Below, piece by piece: positions 20,666 to 29,725 of a stretch of DNA of 64,000 nucleotides; within the stretch, counting starts at the first letter, position 1; every line of letters begins with the position of its first letter. A model generated the notes under the pieces. That model did no database searches and was not told the origin of the DNA. It was given only the letters and a program-made list of their open reading frames with translations. Source of the stretch: an uncultured Chthonomonadaceae bacterium (GTDB lineage Bacteria > Armatimonadota > Chthonomonadetes > Chthonomonadales > Chthonomonadaceae); the NCBI GenBank assembly GCA_963817895.1, contig CAWFQB010000004.1, positions 416,001 to 480,000 of the forward strand, given 5' to 3'. A program made the position numbers and the translations under genes.

Positions 20666-21718
20666 ATGAATTGGTTTCGTAAGCGCGGGGAGACCACCCC
20701 GAAGATAGCCACCCTGCATTTTGCCGGGTGGGGCTACGATGATCGCGAGGACGCCAACGTTTATCGTGAGGAGGGTGCGAATGTTCTCGTCGTGGAAACG
20801 GGCAAACAGGCGTTTATTCTGCGTGAAATGACTAATTATGTGTTCTTCCGGCGTCGGGACGAATCCGATGAACGCGCCTCCTGGTTCCTGCTGGAAGATT
20901 ACAAACATGGCTTTCTAAATGGTGGCTGGCGGGGCGATATAAAGAGATTTCCGCCGCAGACGTTTATTGAAGATCACGCGAAACAGGCATATGGCCGTTG
21001 CCTGCTGTATGTGGCCGACTTTATGAAGGAGCATCAGTGCGCGTTTCTGTGCTTTGCCCCCGATGGAACCGGCTTTGCCATTGACTACACCGAGGAACGA
21101 TTGGTGGATTTTCGCTGGCAGGACATAACGCGAATGGAGTGGCCGGAACTGCGCGAAGCCGACCCGGAGAGTTTGCGCCCCCTCTGTCGGGCCGTGTTCG
21201 ATTCGCTGGTACATCCGCGCCTGACCAATCCTTACATTAACCCCAACAGCCTGAAAGACATTCCGCATGAGTTTATCAGCGGCTCCGAGCAGGAACTCCG
21301 CCGCCTGACAACGATTATTGTTCAAACGCAGCCGGGATTATTTGACGAGGAGTTGAAACCCGTTACCGTCGTTTATCGGGCGCAGACGCCCACAAAGCGG
21401 GCGTATATGGTGCGGGTAATGCGCGGAGGGGAGAATGACTATGCGGAAAGCGTCACCGAACGATTGGGACGGCTGCAATCTCTGTGCGACCTTGCTTTGC
21501 GCCTGAACACCTTTACGGGCGTGAAATGGGAGGAATGGGACGAAAATCCGAATCGCCTGGGGCATTTCATAAAAGAGGTTCGGCAAGCGCGTATCGAAGT
21601 GCAGCCCCCCACCGCCCACGAACGCGCCGAGTCGCTGTTGAGCCTTGCCGACTGGCTGCAAGGCAAAGTGCGCGAGGAGAAAAGGCTGCGACTGCTCGGC
21701 GTGGAAAATGATTCATGA
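20666..21718 (+). CDS. Unknown-family protein, tandem paralog 3 of 5
   Basis: Same motif series; ATG at 20666 chosen. Confidence 0.85.
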   Translation: MNWFRKRGETTPKIATLHFAGWGYDDREDANVYREEGANVLVVETGKQAFILREMTNYVFFRRRDESDERASWFLLEDYKHGFLNGGWRGDIKRFPPQTFIEDHAKQAYGRCLLYVADFMKEHQCAFLCFAPDGTGFAIDYTEERLVDFRWQDITRMEWPELREADPESLRPLCRAVFDSLVHPRLTNPYINPNSLKDIPHEFISGSEQELRRLTTIIVQTQPGLFDEELKPVTVVYRAQTPTKRAYMVRVMRGGENDYAESVTERLGRLQSLCDLALRLNTFTGVKWEEWDENPNRLGHFIKEVRQARIEVQPPTAHERAESLLSLADWLQGKVREEKRLRLLGVENDS

Positions 21719-22881
21719 AACTATGGAAACAGATAAAAGCGCTATGGAGCGGGCCAACGCCTGAACGCGCAGACTCGCCCCATAACGACCTGACGGAAAC
21801 GCTGCCGGATGCGGCCATTACGCCGCGTCCGCTCGTGGATACGGCAGGCTGGCAGAAAAAGCCAATCCTGCCTCCACTTGCCAAACCAACGCTGTACTTT
21901 TCAGGATGGGGGTTTGATGAGCGCGCGGGACACTGGAGTAGCAAAGACCGGGGCAAACAGACGGTGGACTTGGAAGCGGCGGGGCGGCGCTACATTATAC
22001 GGCGCGACAGCAGGCATTTGCTGTTTCGCGAACGCGGCGACAGTGATGAACGCGCGTCCCTGTATTTGACCCGACTGCTGGAAAATGCCTGGTCGTTCAA
22101 TCTCTCGAGCTATTCGGCGCGCTCTTTTGCCGAACAGATTGAACACGGAAAGTACGGGCGTTGGCTGTTGTACGTTGCCGACAACATGAAACCGGATCAG
22201 TGCGCGTTTCTGGCCTTTGATCCGAACGGCAGCGGATTTGCGATAGATGAACGCCTGACCGAACTGGCGGTTTTCCACTGGCAGGCGGCCACGCGGCTGT
22301 CCTGGCGGGAACTGCTGTCCGCAGACCCGGAAACCCTGCGCCCCCTGTGCGCCGACCTGTTTGCCACGCAGATTAATCCTGCCAGCAGTAACCCGTACAT
22401 TGACCCGGCAAACCTGGAAACCATTCCACACCGTTTTTTGTCGGGTTCGGAGGAAGAGTTGCGCCGCCTTACCCTTGCCATCGCGCACACCGAACCCGGA
22501 CTGTTCGACAGCAGTCTGGAACCGGTTACGATCACGTACCGGGCGCAAACGCCGCGCAAACGGGCGGGCATGACGCGGGCGCAGCAGGGGAAAGCTCAAC
22601 TCACACGGGGGCGGGTGACTTCGCTGTGCGATCTGGCCCTGCGCCTGAATACCTTTGTTGGCATCGAGTGGGAACCGAACCAACCCGAACCGAAGCGGCT
22701 GGGACATTTTGAGAAGCGCGTCCACAAAGTCAGCGTGACCGCGCATCCCCCATCCGCGCACGAACGCGCCGAATCCCTGCTGATACTGGCGGACTGGCTG
22801 GAAGGCAAAGTGCGGGAGGAGAAACGTCTGCGCCTGCTGGGAATAGAGGAGTACACGAATGACTGTGGAAAGCGCGTATGA
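21715..22881 (+). CDS. Unknown-family protein, tandem paralog 4 of 5
   Basis: Same motif series; ATGA overlap with paralog 3. Confidence 0.85.
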   Translation: MKLWKQIKALWSGPTPERADSPHNDLTETLPDAAITPRPLVDTAGWQKKPILPPLAKPTLYFSGWGFDERAGHWSSKDRGKQTVDLEAAGRRYIIRRDSRHLLFRERGDSDERASLYLTRLLENAWSFNLSSYSARSFAEQIEHGKYGRWLLYVADNMKPDQCAFLAFDPNGSGFAIDERLTELAVFHWQAATRLSWRELLSADPETLRPLCADLFATQINPASSNPYIDPANLETIPHRFLSGSEEELRRLTLAIAHTEPGLFDSSLEPVTITYRAQTPRKRAGMTRAQQGKAQLTRGRVTSLCDLALRLNTFVGIEWEPNQPEPKRLGHFEKRVHKVSVTAHPPSAHERAESLLILADWLEGKVREEKRLRLLGIEEYTNDCGKRV

Positions 22882-23935
22882 TTTTCCGCTGCCGGGGTTC
22901 TGGTCGGATCGCGCGGTCGCGGAGCAGGTATGTGATATTGACGGCACACGCTATCTGCTACGGCAACTGGATGAACATGTGCTTTACCGCGTAAGTGACC
23001 GCAACTGCGTGGAACATACGTTCTTCGTGCCTTATCGTACTGCCTCGGGGCGAAAGAGAAGCGGTTCCCGACAGCCAGCGGAAACAAATACTCGGACGAG
23101 CAGGCATAGGTATAATGCCCTTGCCGCTCGGATTAGAAAACCGCCGCGTATGTACTCTCAAAGCGTTTTTACGAAACAAATCTCAAAAGGTGAAAACGGG
23201 CGTGTAACGTTATACTGCTGCCCGGATGCGAGGGACTGCAATACAATTCTTTTCTTCCGGCAAGATGGCACAGGCTATTTTTTGGACTTTCACACCGCGA
23301 ACGGTTATAGTAGACATGAGCCGACGGAACAGGTAGATTTTGTGTGGGACGGAACTCGTTACGACATTGCCGGAGGCGCAGGAATTTTGACGGCGAAATG
23401 GGCGCAGTTGGAACCGCTGTGTCACGAGGTTTTTACAAAACAAGTATGGCGGCGTATGAAAAACCCGTTCGTTCGCTACAAAAAGACGCCAGATGCGCCA
23501 CTTGTCTGGCAGCGCGGCTCACAGGAAGAGTTGTTCCGTATCTCGCATTGCATTTTCCATACGCAACCCGGCGATTGGTCGGAACTGGAACTACAGGCGC
23601 CTGATAAGTGGACGATTGAAAACCATTGTTTTGGCTTGATCTATGTGGCCGAAATGGAAGCAAGCGCTGGTGGGGCCTCAAAGGACTGGCCGGAGCGGAT
23701 ACGCGCCCTGTGCGATCTCGCCTTTCAGCACAACACGTTTACAGGTTATCAATGGGTGTACAGTCGCTACAACAAATCACGCCGCAAAAGTTATACGATG
23801 CAGCCCTTGACACTAACGTGCCGCATCGCGCCGCCCTCCGCCCACGAACGCGCTGAAGCCTTGCTCACGCTCTGGGACTGGCTGGAAGACAAAGTTTCAG
23901 AGGCAGAGCGGCGGGCCTACTGTGGAGTAGATTAA
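22859..23935 (+). CDS. Unknown-family protein, tandem paralog 5 of 5 (most divergent)
   Basis: GRVTLY, QDGTG, RGSQEELFR, LCDLAFQHNTF.G, PPSAHERAEALL.L.DWLEDKV. Confidence 0.8.
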   Translation: MTVESAYDFPLPGFWSDRAVAEQVCDIDGTRYLLRQLDEHVLYRVSDRNCVEHTFFVPYRTASGRKRSGSRQPAETNTRTSRHRYNALAARIRKPPRMYSQSVFTKQISKGENGRVTLYCCPDARDCNTILFFRQDGTGYFLDFHTANGYSRHEPTEQVDFVWDGTRYDIAGGAGILTAKWAQLEPLCHEVFTKQVWRRMKNPFVRYKKTPDAPLVWQRGSQEELFRISHCIFHTQPGDWSELELQAPDKWTIENHCFGLIYVAEMEASAGGASKDWPERIRALCDLAFQHNTFTGYQWVYSRYNKSRRKSYTMQPLTLTCRIAPPSAHERAEALLTLWDWLEDKVSEAERRAYCGVD

Positions 23936-24315
23936 CAGTGTGAAGCAACCCTATTTGTGTGCTGAAAGTTTGCGCTCCAGATTGGATGTGTATCGCAGGA
24001 GACCGGTCGGGCAAGGTACAATTATTCCATGAACATTAATTCCGTATCTGAAGATGAAACAACCGCTTACATGCTAAGGCTGTCCGAAAAACAGTTTGCG
24101 ACGCCGGAAGATTTGGCTATGTATCAAGTGTTGGATGGACAGCATGTAATTCAGGTCGAAGGAATGGCTTTTCGTCTGGAAGCGGATAACGTGCCGGACA
24201 AACTCGACGCGAAAGAACAGGAAGAAGCCAGCAGCCACATTCCTCATTGGAATGACGAAACGAACCAACCTGATCTTGAGGAATGTGCAGATGTAGTTGA
24301 CCGTACTTCATTGCA

Positions 24316-25570
24316 GGTAGCACCGCATTAAACGGTGAAAAGTAGGGTTGCGGCGCAACAGGGTGGGTGAATGCGCAAGTGGGTTCGGCTGCTTCGTAGA
24401 GTTGGTTACCACACCAAAACTCACGGAGGTCGCCATGAACCCACACCCCCTATTCTGCCTTAATCTGGCCTGTTCGTCAAGAGGCTTGCAAAATGCAGGC
24501 AACATCATCGTTCACGACAGTCTGCGCGACCGCTTTCGCTGCAAGACCTGCGGACACACCTTTAGCGCCAGCAAAGGAACCCTGTTCTACCGGCTGCGCA
24601 CCGACCCCAAGATCGTCATCTGTGTGCTGACACTTCTCGCCTGTGGGTGTCCGCTTCCTGCCATTGTCCGCGCTTTCGGCTTTGACGAGCGAACCGTCAC
24701 GAACTGGCAGCACAAAGCGGGGCAACATTGTGAAGCCGTCCACACGCATCTGGTGACAGGACACGCGCGCGACTTGCAGCAGGTGCAAGCCGATGAGGTT
24801 CGCGTCAAGCTGCAAGCGCGTCTGGTGATCTGGATGGCGATGGCAATCTGCGTTCCCTCGCGCTTGTGGCTGGGCGGGGTTCTCTCGCCGCACCGAGACA
24901 AACGCCTGATTGTCCGTCTGGTCGCTGTGGTCAAAGCCTGTGCGCAACACGCGCCCTTGCTGCTGATGAGCGATGGCTTGAGCAGTTATGTTCCGGCCTG
25001 GTGCCACGCCTTCCGCGAGGCGGTTCGTACCGGCAAGGTAGGTCGCCCGCGTTTACAGACGTGGCCGCATCTGGTAATCGGGCAAGTGGTCAAGCAGTAC
25101 GAACGTGGGCGCGTGATTGGCGTCGCGCAACGTCTGATACACGGCACGGTGGATCAACTGCAAGGCTTGCAGCCCGACGAACACAAACTCAACACGGCCT
25201 ATATCGAACGGCTCAATGCGACCTTCCGGCAACGGCTGTGTTGCTTGACACGGCGCGGTCGGTGTTTAGTTCGCCACGAAGCCACATTGCAGGCGGGCAT
25301 GTACTTGCTCGGTTGCGTGTACAACTTCTGTACGTTTCACAAGAGCCTGCGCCAGGAGCAGGGCAAAGGTTCGGGCAAGTGGCAACAGCGTACTCCGGCG
25401 ATGGCCGCGGGGATCACGCAAGAGTGCTGGAGCGTGACCGATTTGTTCGCCTACCGAGTACCGCCTGCGCCGTTTGTTGCCAGAAAGCGGCGGGGCCGCC
25501 CACCGGGAAGCGGCAAGAAAACGGCGCAAACGAGCGCACAAGCATAATCACACTTAACTGTGGGGCTACC
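24316..25570 (+). mobile_element. IS1-family insertion sequence with 9-bp target site duplication
   Basis: Ends GGTAGCACCGCATTAAA / TTAACTGTGGGGCTACC (imperfect IR); TTCATTGCA duplicated at 24307-24315 and 25571-25579. Confidence 0.92.
24435..25547 (+). CDS. IS1-family transposase (Zn ribbon + HTH + DDE, single ORF)
   Basis: GGAGGT RBS; C....C / FRCKTCGHTF; QADE; SDGLSSY; NTAYIERLNATFRQ; YNF; RTPAMAAG. Confidence 0.88.
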   Translation: MNPHPLFCLNLACSSRGLQNAGNIIVHDSLRDRFRCKTCGHTFSASKGTLFYRLRTDPKIVICVLTLLACGCPLPAIVRAFGFDERTVTNWQHKAGQHCEAVHTHLVTGHARDLQQVQADEVRVKLQARLVIWMAMAICVPSRLWLGGVLSPHRDKRLIVRLVAVVKACAQHAPLLLMSDGLSSYVPAWCHAFREAVRTGKVGRPRLQTWPHLVIGQVVKQYERGRVIGVAQRLIHGTVDQLQGLQPDEHKLNTAYIERLNATFRQRLCCLTRRGRCLVRHEATLQAGMYLLGCVYNFCTFHKSLRQEQGKGSGKWQQRTPAMAAGITQECWSVTDLFAYRVPPAPFVARKRRGRPPGSGKKTAQTSAQA

Positions 25571-26300
25571 TTCATTGCAAACTCCCGTAAGAAATCAAGA
25601 GGATCGCGGAACATGTGTCTGTTTTGCGTCCTTAGCCAACCTCGAAGTTCCATTGAAAGCGCAACTACAGGAAGATGTTGATCTTTCCGAACAGTATGCT
25701 AACTGGCTCTACATGGACATTGCAGGAAATGATTGGTGTAAGGATGGCCTGAAAACCACGCTGACGGCTCAGTATCTCACGCAATACGGGGTTTGTATGG
25801 AGGGGCTTTGCGCCTCTGAGGACGCCTCTGCTATTGCAGCGCATTGCAGCGATAAACCTTCTATCAAAGCGCGGCAGGAAGCAAAGTATGGAATAGGGGA
25901 GTATGCTCTTATTGACAATTTAGGCATACTCGGACCAAGCATTGCCAATCCAAGTTATTTAGAGGCAATTTTATGTCACGGGCATGATATTGTTTTCGGA
26001 GTACATGTGGCCTGGGGCAAAACCCCTGATACAAATGGCGTCTTTGACATAATTTTAGATAAGCATGGCATGTCCGCTTCAGTCCAGAGGCGGACATGCC
26101 ATGCTTATAGTAGGCTATAACCGGAGCGCGCCGATACCGTACATCATTTGCAAGAACAGTTGGGGAACTTCGGTTGGCGTAAGCGGGTACTACAACTTAT
26201 CCTTTGATTATATTCGGCAGTATGCGCGTTACAGCTACATCGTTCAGAAATTTCGGCTGGATATGCTGTCACATCCCTAAAAGAGAGTTGGAGTTGTTTA

Positions 26301-26642
26301 ATGGATACTGCGAAGATAAACGAAATGCTTCACAGAGATAACATTCAGCAGCGTTATTGCATCCATGTCGGAAGTGATATTGTAGTTGCAGGGCCGCGCA
26401 TACCGATGACTCGTTATACAGAGTTCGTTTCCGTCGAGCCTGAGAAGCAAGGTGATATAAGTAGTTTTCGCGTTTATACGAGTACCTCAGATGAAGGTGA
26501 AGGCCACCTGGCACTGCAAAATGTCGGAGTGCAATCTATAAGCCCCGGCACGTTGCATCTGAGTTTTGTCGCTAAAGACAGTTTGACAGGGGAAGCTATT
26601 GCAGGCGTAGAACCGGTGAACGTTACTATCGAGGCGGCATAG
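26301..26642 (+). CDS. Hypothetical protein
   Basis: 113-aa ORF with GGAG RBS directly after the peptidase; no recognised motif. Confidence 0.55.
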   Translation: MDTAKINEMLHRDNIQQRYCIHVGSDIVVAGPRIPMTRYTEFVSVEPEKQGDISSFRVYTSTSDEGEGHLALQNVGVQSISPGTLHLSFVAKDSLTGEAIAGVEPVNVTIEAA

Positions 26643-26683
26643 AGTGCCAACAAGGTTTCTATGGGCAATGCAGTTGCATAATC

Positions 26684-26713
26684 TTGACAAAAGCAGCTTC
26701 GGCTTGCTATACT
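26684..26713 (+). promoter_or_regulatory. Sigma-70 promoter of the tRNA
   Basis: TTGACA-18 bp-TATACT with an extended TG. Confidence 0.75.
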
Positions 26714-26727
26714 ATATTCGTTTCCCT

Positions 26728-26800
26728 GCCGACATGGCTCAGTGGTAGAGCAGCTGTTTCGTAAACAGCAGGTCAGCGGTTCGAAATCCGCTTGTCGGCT
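26728..26800 (+). tRNA. tRNA-Thr (anticodon CGT), CCA not encoded
   Basis: Acceptor GCCGACA/TGTCGGC, D-arm GCTCAGTGGTAGAGC, anticodon arm GCTGT-TTCGTAA-ACAGC, T-arm GGTTCGAAATCC (one extra A in the loop). Confidence 0.93.
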
Positions 26801-26834
26801 TTGTCTGTTTCTCTAACTTGACTGCACATGTAAA

Positions 26835-26871
26835 AGCCGCCGCAATTTGTTATCAGCAAATTGCGGCGGCT
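26835..26871. terminator. Bidirectional intrinsic terminator between the tRNA and the peroxiredoxin
   Basis: AGCCGCCGCAATTTG...CAAATTGCGGCGGCT stem flanked by A/T-rich runs. Confidence 0.75.
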
Positions 26872-26916
26872 CTGTTTGTACTCCCGTACGGTGAGTTGGG
26901 GTTGACGAACAAAGGG

Positions 26917-27549
26917 TCAGCTGGTGGGCTGCGGGGTGGTGCGCAGGTAGGGCTTGATCTCTTTATAGTCGGGGAACAGGGTTTTGGCGTCCTCATTGGA
27001 CACGGCTGCCGTGATAATCACATCGTCGCCCTGCTTCCAGTCGGACGGGGTTGCCACTTTGTGTTTGGCCGTCAATTGCAGGCTGTCAATCACGCGCAGG
27101 ATTTCCTGAAAGTTGCGTCCCGTGCTGGCCGGGTAGGTGAGCGTCAGTTTCACCTTTTTGTCGGGGCCGATGATGAAAACGGAACGCACGGTCATGGTAT
27201 CGCTGGCGTTGGGATGGATCATGCCGTACAAATCCGACACTTTGCGATCCGTATCCGCAATCAGGGGGAAATTGAGCGCGGCTCCCTGCGTCTCCTCAAT
27301 GTCTTTGCTCCAGCCCGCGTGATTGGTCAGTTGATCCACGCTCAGGCCGACAACTTTGACATTGCGCTTGTCGAATTCCGGCTTCAATCTTGCCACCGCG
27401 CCCAGTTCCGTCGTGCAAACGGGCGTAAAGTCTTTGGGGTGCGAGAACAGCACGACCCAGCTATCTCCCGCCCACTCGTACAGATGAAGCGGGCCTTCCG
27501 TCGATTCCTGCGTAAAATCCGGGGCGACATCCCCAAGCTGAACAGCCAT
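26917..27549 (-). CDS. 1-Cys peroxiredoxin (Prx6 family)
   Basis: FSHPKDFTPVCTTELG, YPASTGRNF.EILRVIDSLQ. Confidence 0.95.
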   Translation of the reverse strand: MAVQLGDVAPDFTQESTEGPLHLYEWAGDSWVVLFSHPKDFTPVCTTELGAVARLKPEFDKRNVKVVGLSVDQLTNHAGWSKDIEETQGAALNFPLIADTDRKVSDLYGMIHPNASDTMTVRSVFIIGPDKKVKLTLTYPASTGRNFQEILRVIDSLQLTAKHKVATPSDWKQGDDVIITAAVSNEDAKTLFPDYKEIKPYLRTTPQPTS

Positions 27550-27713
27550 TGTAATGCTCCTTCGCGTCCTGTCAACATTCGGCAAGCGGCGGCTATGCCG
27601 CTTGCCGTTGTGAATGGTTACTTAATCTATCAGGTTTGTAGAGTATCTCTATTTTGACACACGCGCAGCCATCCTGTCAACCGGAATTGTCGCTTCCATC
27701 AATCAACGATATG

Positions 27714-28358
27714 TCATTTACGGTACGCCACAATCATGCCGTCGCGCAGGGGTACGAGCGTGGAGATGAATTCCGGGTCGGTTGTCAGCATCCGCGTCAC
27801 TTCCATCACGCCCTCATTGTCCGGCGTGTGGTCGTTCGGATCGAAAATGGCCCCGTGCCACAGCATATTGTCAATCACCAATGCCCCGCCGGGTTTCAAC
27901 GTCTGCTTGATGATTGGCATGGAGGCCGGGTACATGTGCTTGTCAATGTCGTTGAACAGGATGTCGTAGGTTCCGCCCGTTTGGGTCAAGGCTTCCGTAG
28001 CCTCCCCGACGTGGTACTGGATAATGTCATCGTAGCCCAACCGTCCGAGATAGCCGCACGCTTTCGCGGACAGGTCGTTATCCCAGACGACGTGATGCAC
28101 CGTTCCGCCGCCGTTTTCCCGAACGGCTTTGGCGAACCATGCGGTCGAGTAACCGTAGCCCGAACCGAGTTCAAAAATCTGGGTGGCTTTCAGCATTCGG
28201 GCGAGTTGGTAGAGATAATAGCCGCCGGGGATGCCGATAATGGGAAAGCGGACTTCCCGCGCGTAGGCTTCCATTTCCAGCATGATCGGGTCACGCGGCG
28301 GCACAAGGCTCTCCAGATAGGCGGGCAAGTCCGGGTGGTACATTTGGGGTTCGGGCAT
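27714..28358 (-). CDS. SAM-dependent O-methyltransferase (CCoAOMT-like)
   Basis: FELGSGYGYST, DIDK..YP, LKPGGALVIDNMLWHG, PLRDG. Confidence 0.88.
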   Translation of the reverse strand: MPEPQMYHPDLPAYLESLVPPRDPIMLEMEAYAREVRFPIIGIPGGYYLYQLARMLKATQIFELGSGYGYSTAWFAKAVRENGGGTVHHVVWDNDLSAKACGYLGRLGYDDIIQYHVGEATEALTQTGGTYDILFNDIDKHMYPASMPIIKQTLKPGGALVIDNMLWHGAIFDPNDHTPDNEGVMEVTRMLTTDPEFISTLVPLRDGMIVAYRK

Positions 28359-28494
28359 GGTTTTCTCCTGAAACGTTATTGGGTGTTCGGTGTTCGGTAT
28401 TGGGACAGCCTGTATTTCCTGCTTAAACTGAATACGCCTGCTGTCAACAAAATGTTGACAGCAGGCGTAAGGAATGTGATTTCGGCGTGGCAGG

Positions 28495-29124
28495 TTACTT
28501 GCCGGATTTGGCGGGTTCTTTGATCTCGTTGCTGCCGTTGGAAAGGATTTTCTGCGCCAGCTGCGGCTCTTGTACCAGAACGTCTTTGTGCGCGTCTCTG
28601 GTATCCGCCGCCAGTTCGTCCGGCTCAATGAAGAAATGCAGTTCGTGGCAGAACTTTTCGCGTTCGCCGATAAAGTTCTCAATCTGGCTCGCGTCGAACA
28701 CGTCTTTGATCTCATCGGTCAACTCGTGCGTTTCGCGGAGCTTATGCAAACTCGTGACTGTGCCGACAATATCATTGGCAAGCATTTCCTTCAAGTCGAA
28801 CAGGTCGTCACCCTCCGGTTTGACAGGCGAAATCTTTTCAAACTCGCTCATCGTGGAGATGGGAATGCCGCCAAAGTAGGTGATGCGCTCGGCAAAGAAA
28901 TCGGCCTGTTCCAACAGTTGACCGGCAACCTCATCCAGCAGCAGATGAATGTCGTGCCACTGTGGGCCGCGCACCAACCAGTGATGCTTCTTCACCTGAA
29001 AATACAGCACATAAGTCAGGCTCAGATGTTCGTTGAACGCTTTGACGATCTTTTCGGCGTCTTCCTGTTTGTACCCAATCGGGTTGGGCAATACGTCCTT
29101 CACGCGCTGATAAGCGGTAGGCAT
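28495..29124 (-). CDS. dps: DNA starvation/stationary phase protection protein (Dps, ferritin-like)
   Basis: KKHHWLVRGPQWHDIHLLLDE, D..AERI...GG.P. Confidence 0.9.
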   Translation of the reverse strand: MPTAYQRVKDVLPNPIGYKQEDAEKIVKAFNEHLSLTYVLYFQVKKHHWLVRGPQWHDIHLLLDEVAGQLLEQADFFAERITYFGGIPISTMSEFEKISPVKPEGDDLFDLKEMLANDIVGTVTSLHKLRETHELTDEIKDVFDASQIENFIGEREKFCHELHFFIEPDELAADTRDAHKDVLVQEPQLAQKILSNGSNEIKEPAKSGK

Positions 29125-29361
29125 TACAGTATCTCCTGTGACAATCACTAAATGGCAATCAATGGCAATTCTATGTTCGCCCCGGCCTGTCATAAGCGCA
29201 GCCCTGAAGCGGGGGCTTGCAGGGCTACATTCGCAAACGTTGACGTGGGGGCGTCCGGTAAACAGACGCACCATTCGCCCCTCCTGTTCCCCGTTCTAAA
29301 TTGGGTATACTGTCGGGTTAGGTGGTTGATGGTTGATATACATCATAGATGGAGCAGGCGA

Positions 29362-29577
29362 ATGGATAAACTGATTGTGAACTCGACGGTGATTTACGCG
29401 GTCGGATATGACGCTAAACGGGGCGATCTGGAGATTGAGTTCAAAGAGGGCGGCGTGTACCTGTATCTCGGCGTACCGGCCCCGCTCTACCTTGAACTGA
29501 TGAACGCTGAAAGCACAGGCGCGTATTTCGACGATAAAATCAAAAACCAGTTTGTGTTTCGCAAACTGGATAAATAA
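29362..29577 (+). CDS. KTSC domain protein
   Basis: S.VIYAVGYD....LEIEF..G.VY.Y.GVP...Y..LM.A.S.G.YF...I. Confidence 0.9.
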   Translation: MDKLIVNSTVIYAVGYDAKRGDLEIEFKEGGVYLYLGVPAPLYLELMNAESTGAYFDDKIKNQFVFRKLDK

Positions 29578-29580
29578 CCC

Positions 29581-29659
29581 GTAGGGACACAACTTGTTGT
29601 GTCCTCCTTCTACGGCGTTTTCTGCGTTAAATGGGCGCGGACACATGTTGTGTCCCTAC
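29581..29659. repeat. GTAG-type REP doublet
   Basis: GTAGGGACACAACTTGTTGTGTCC ... GGACACATGTTGTGTCCCTAC inverted pair; single copy at 45775-45798. Confidence 0.8.
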
Positions 29660-29725
29660 GGGACTGCTTTTGCAGCAGATTAGCTTTGCTTGAACAATAT
29701 TGTGTAGATGCTGAGTGGAGAGTGA

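Larger units (their letters stand above)
24029..26280 (+). pseudogene. Papain-like C1A cysteine peptidase interrupted by an IS1-family element; additional frameshift near 26070
   Basis: Removing the IS and one target copy gives in-frame VVDRTSLQTPVRNQEDRGTCVCFA; later LSEQY, GGHAMLIVGY, KNSWG (Cys/His/Asn triad). Confidence 0.9.

Noticed and set aside
18407..23935. Diversity-generating retroelement as the explanation for the paralog array
   Set aside because: No reverse transcriptase in the window and no template/variable repeat pair differing only at adenines.
11661..26800. Prophage or integrative element at tRNA-Thr
   Set aside because: No integrase, phage structural genes or duplicated tRNA end (att site) found.
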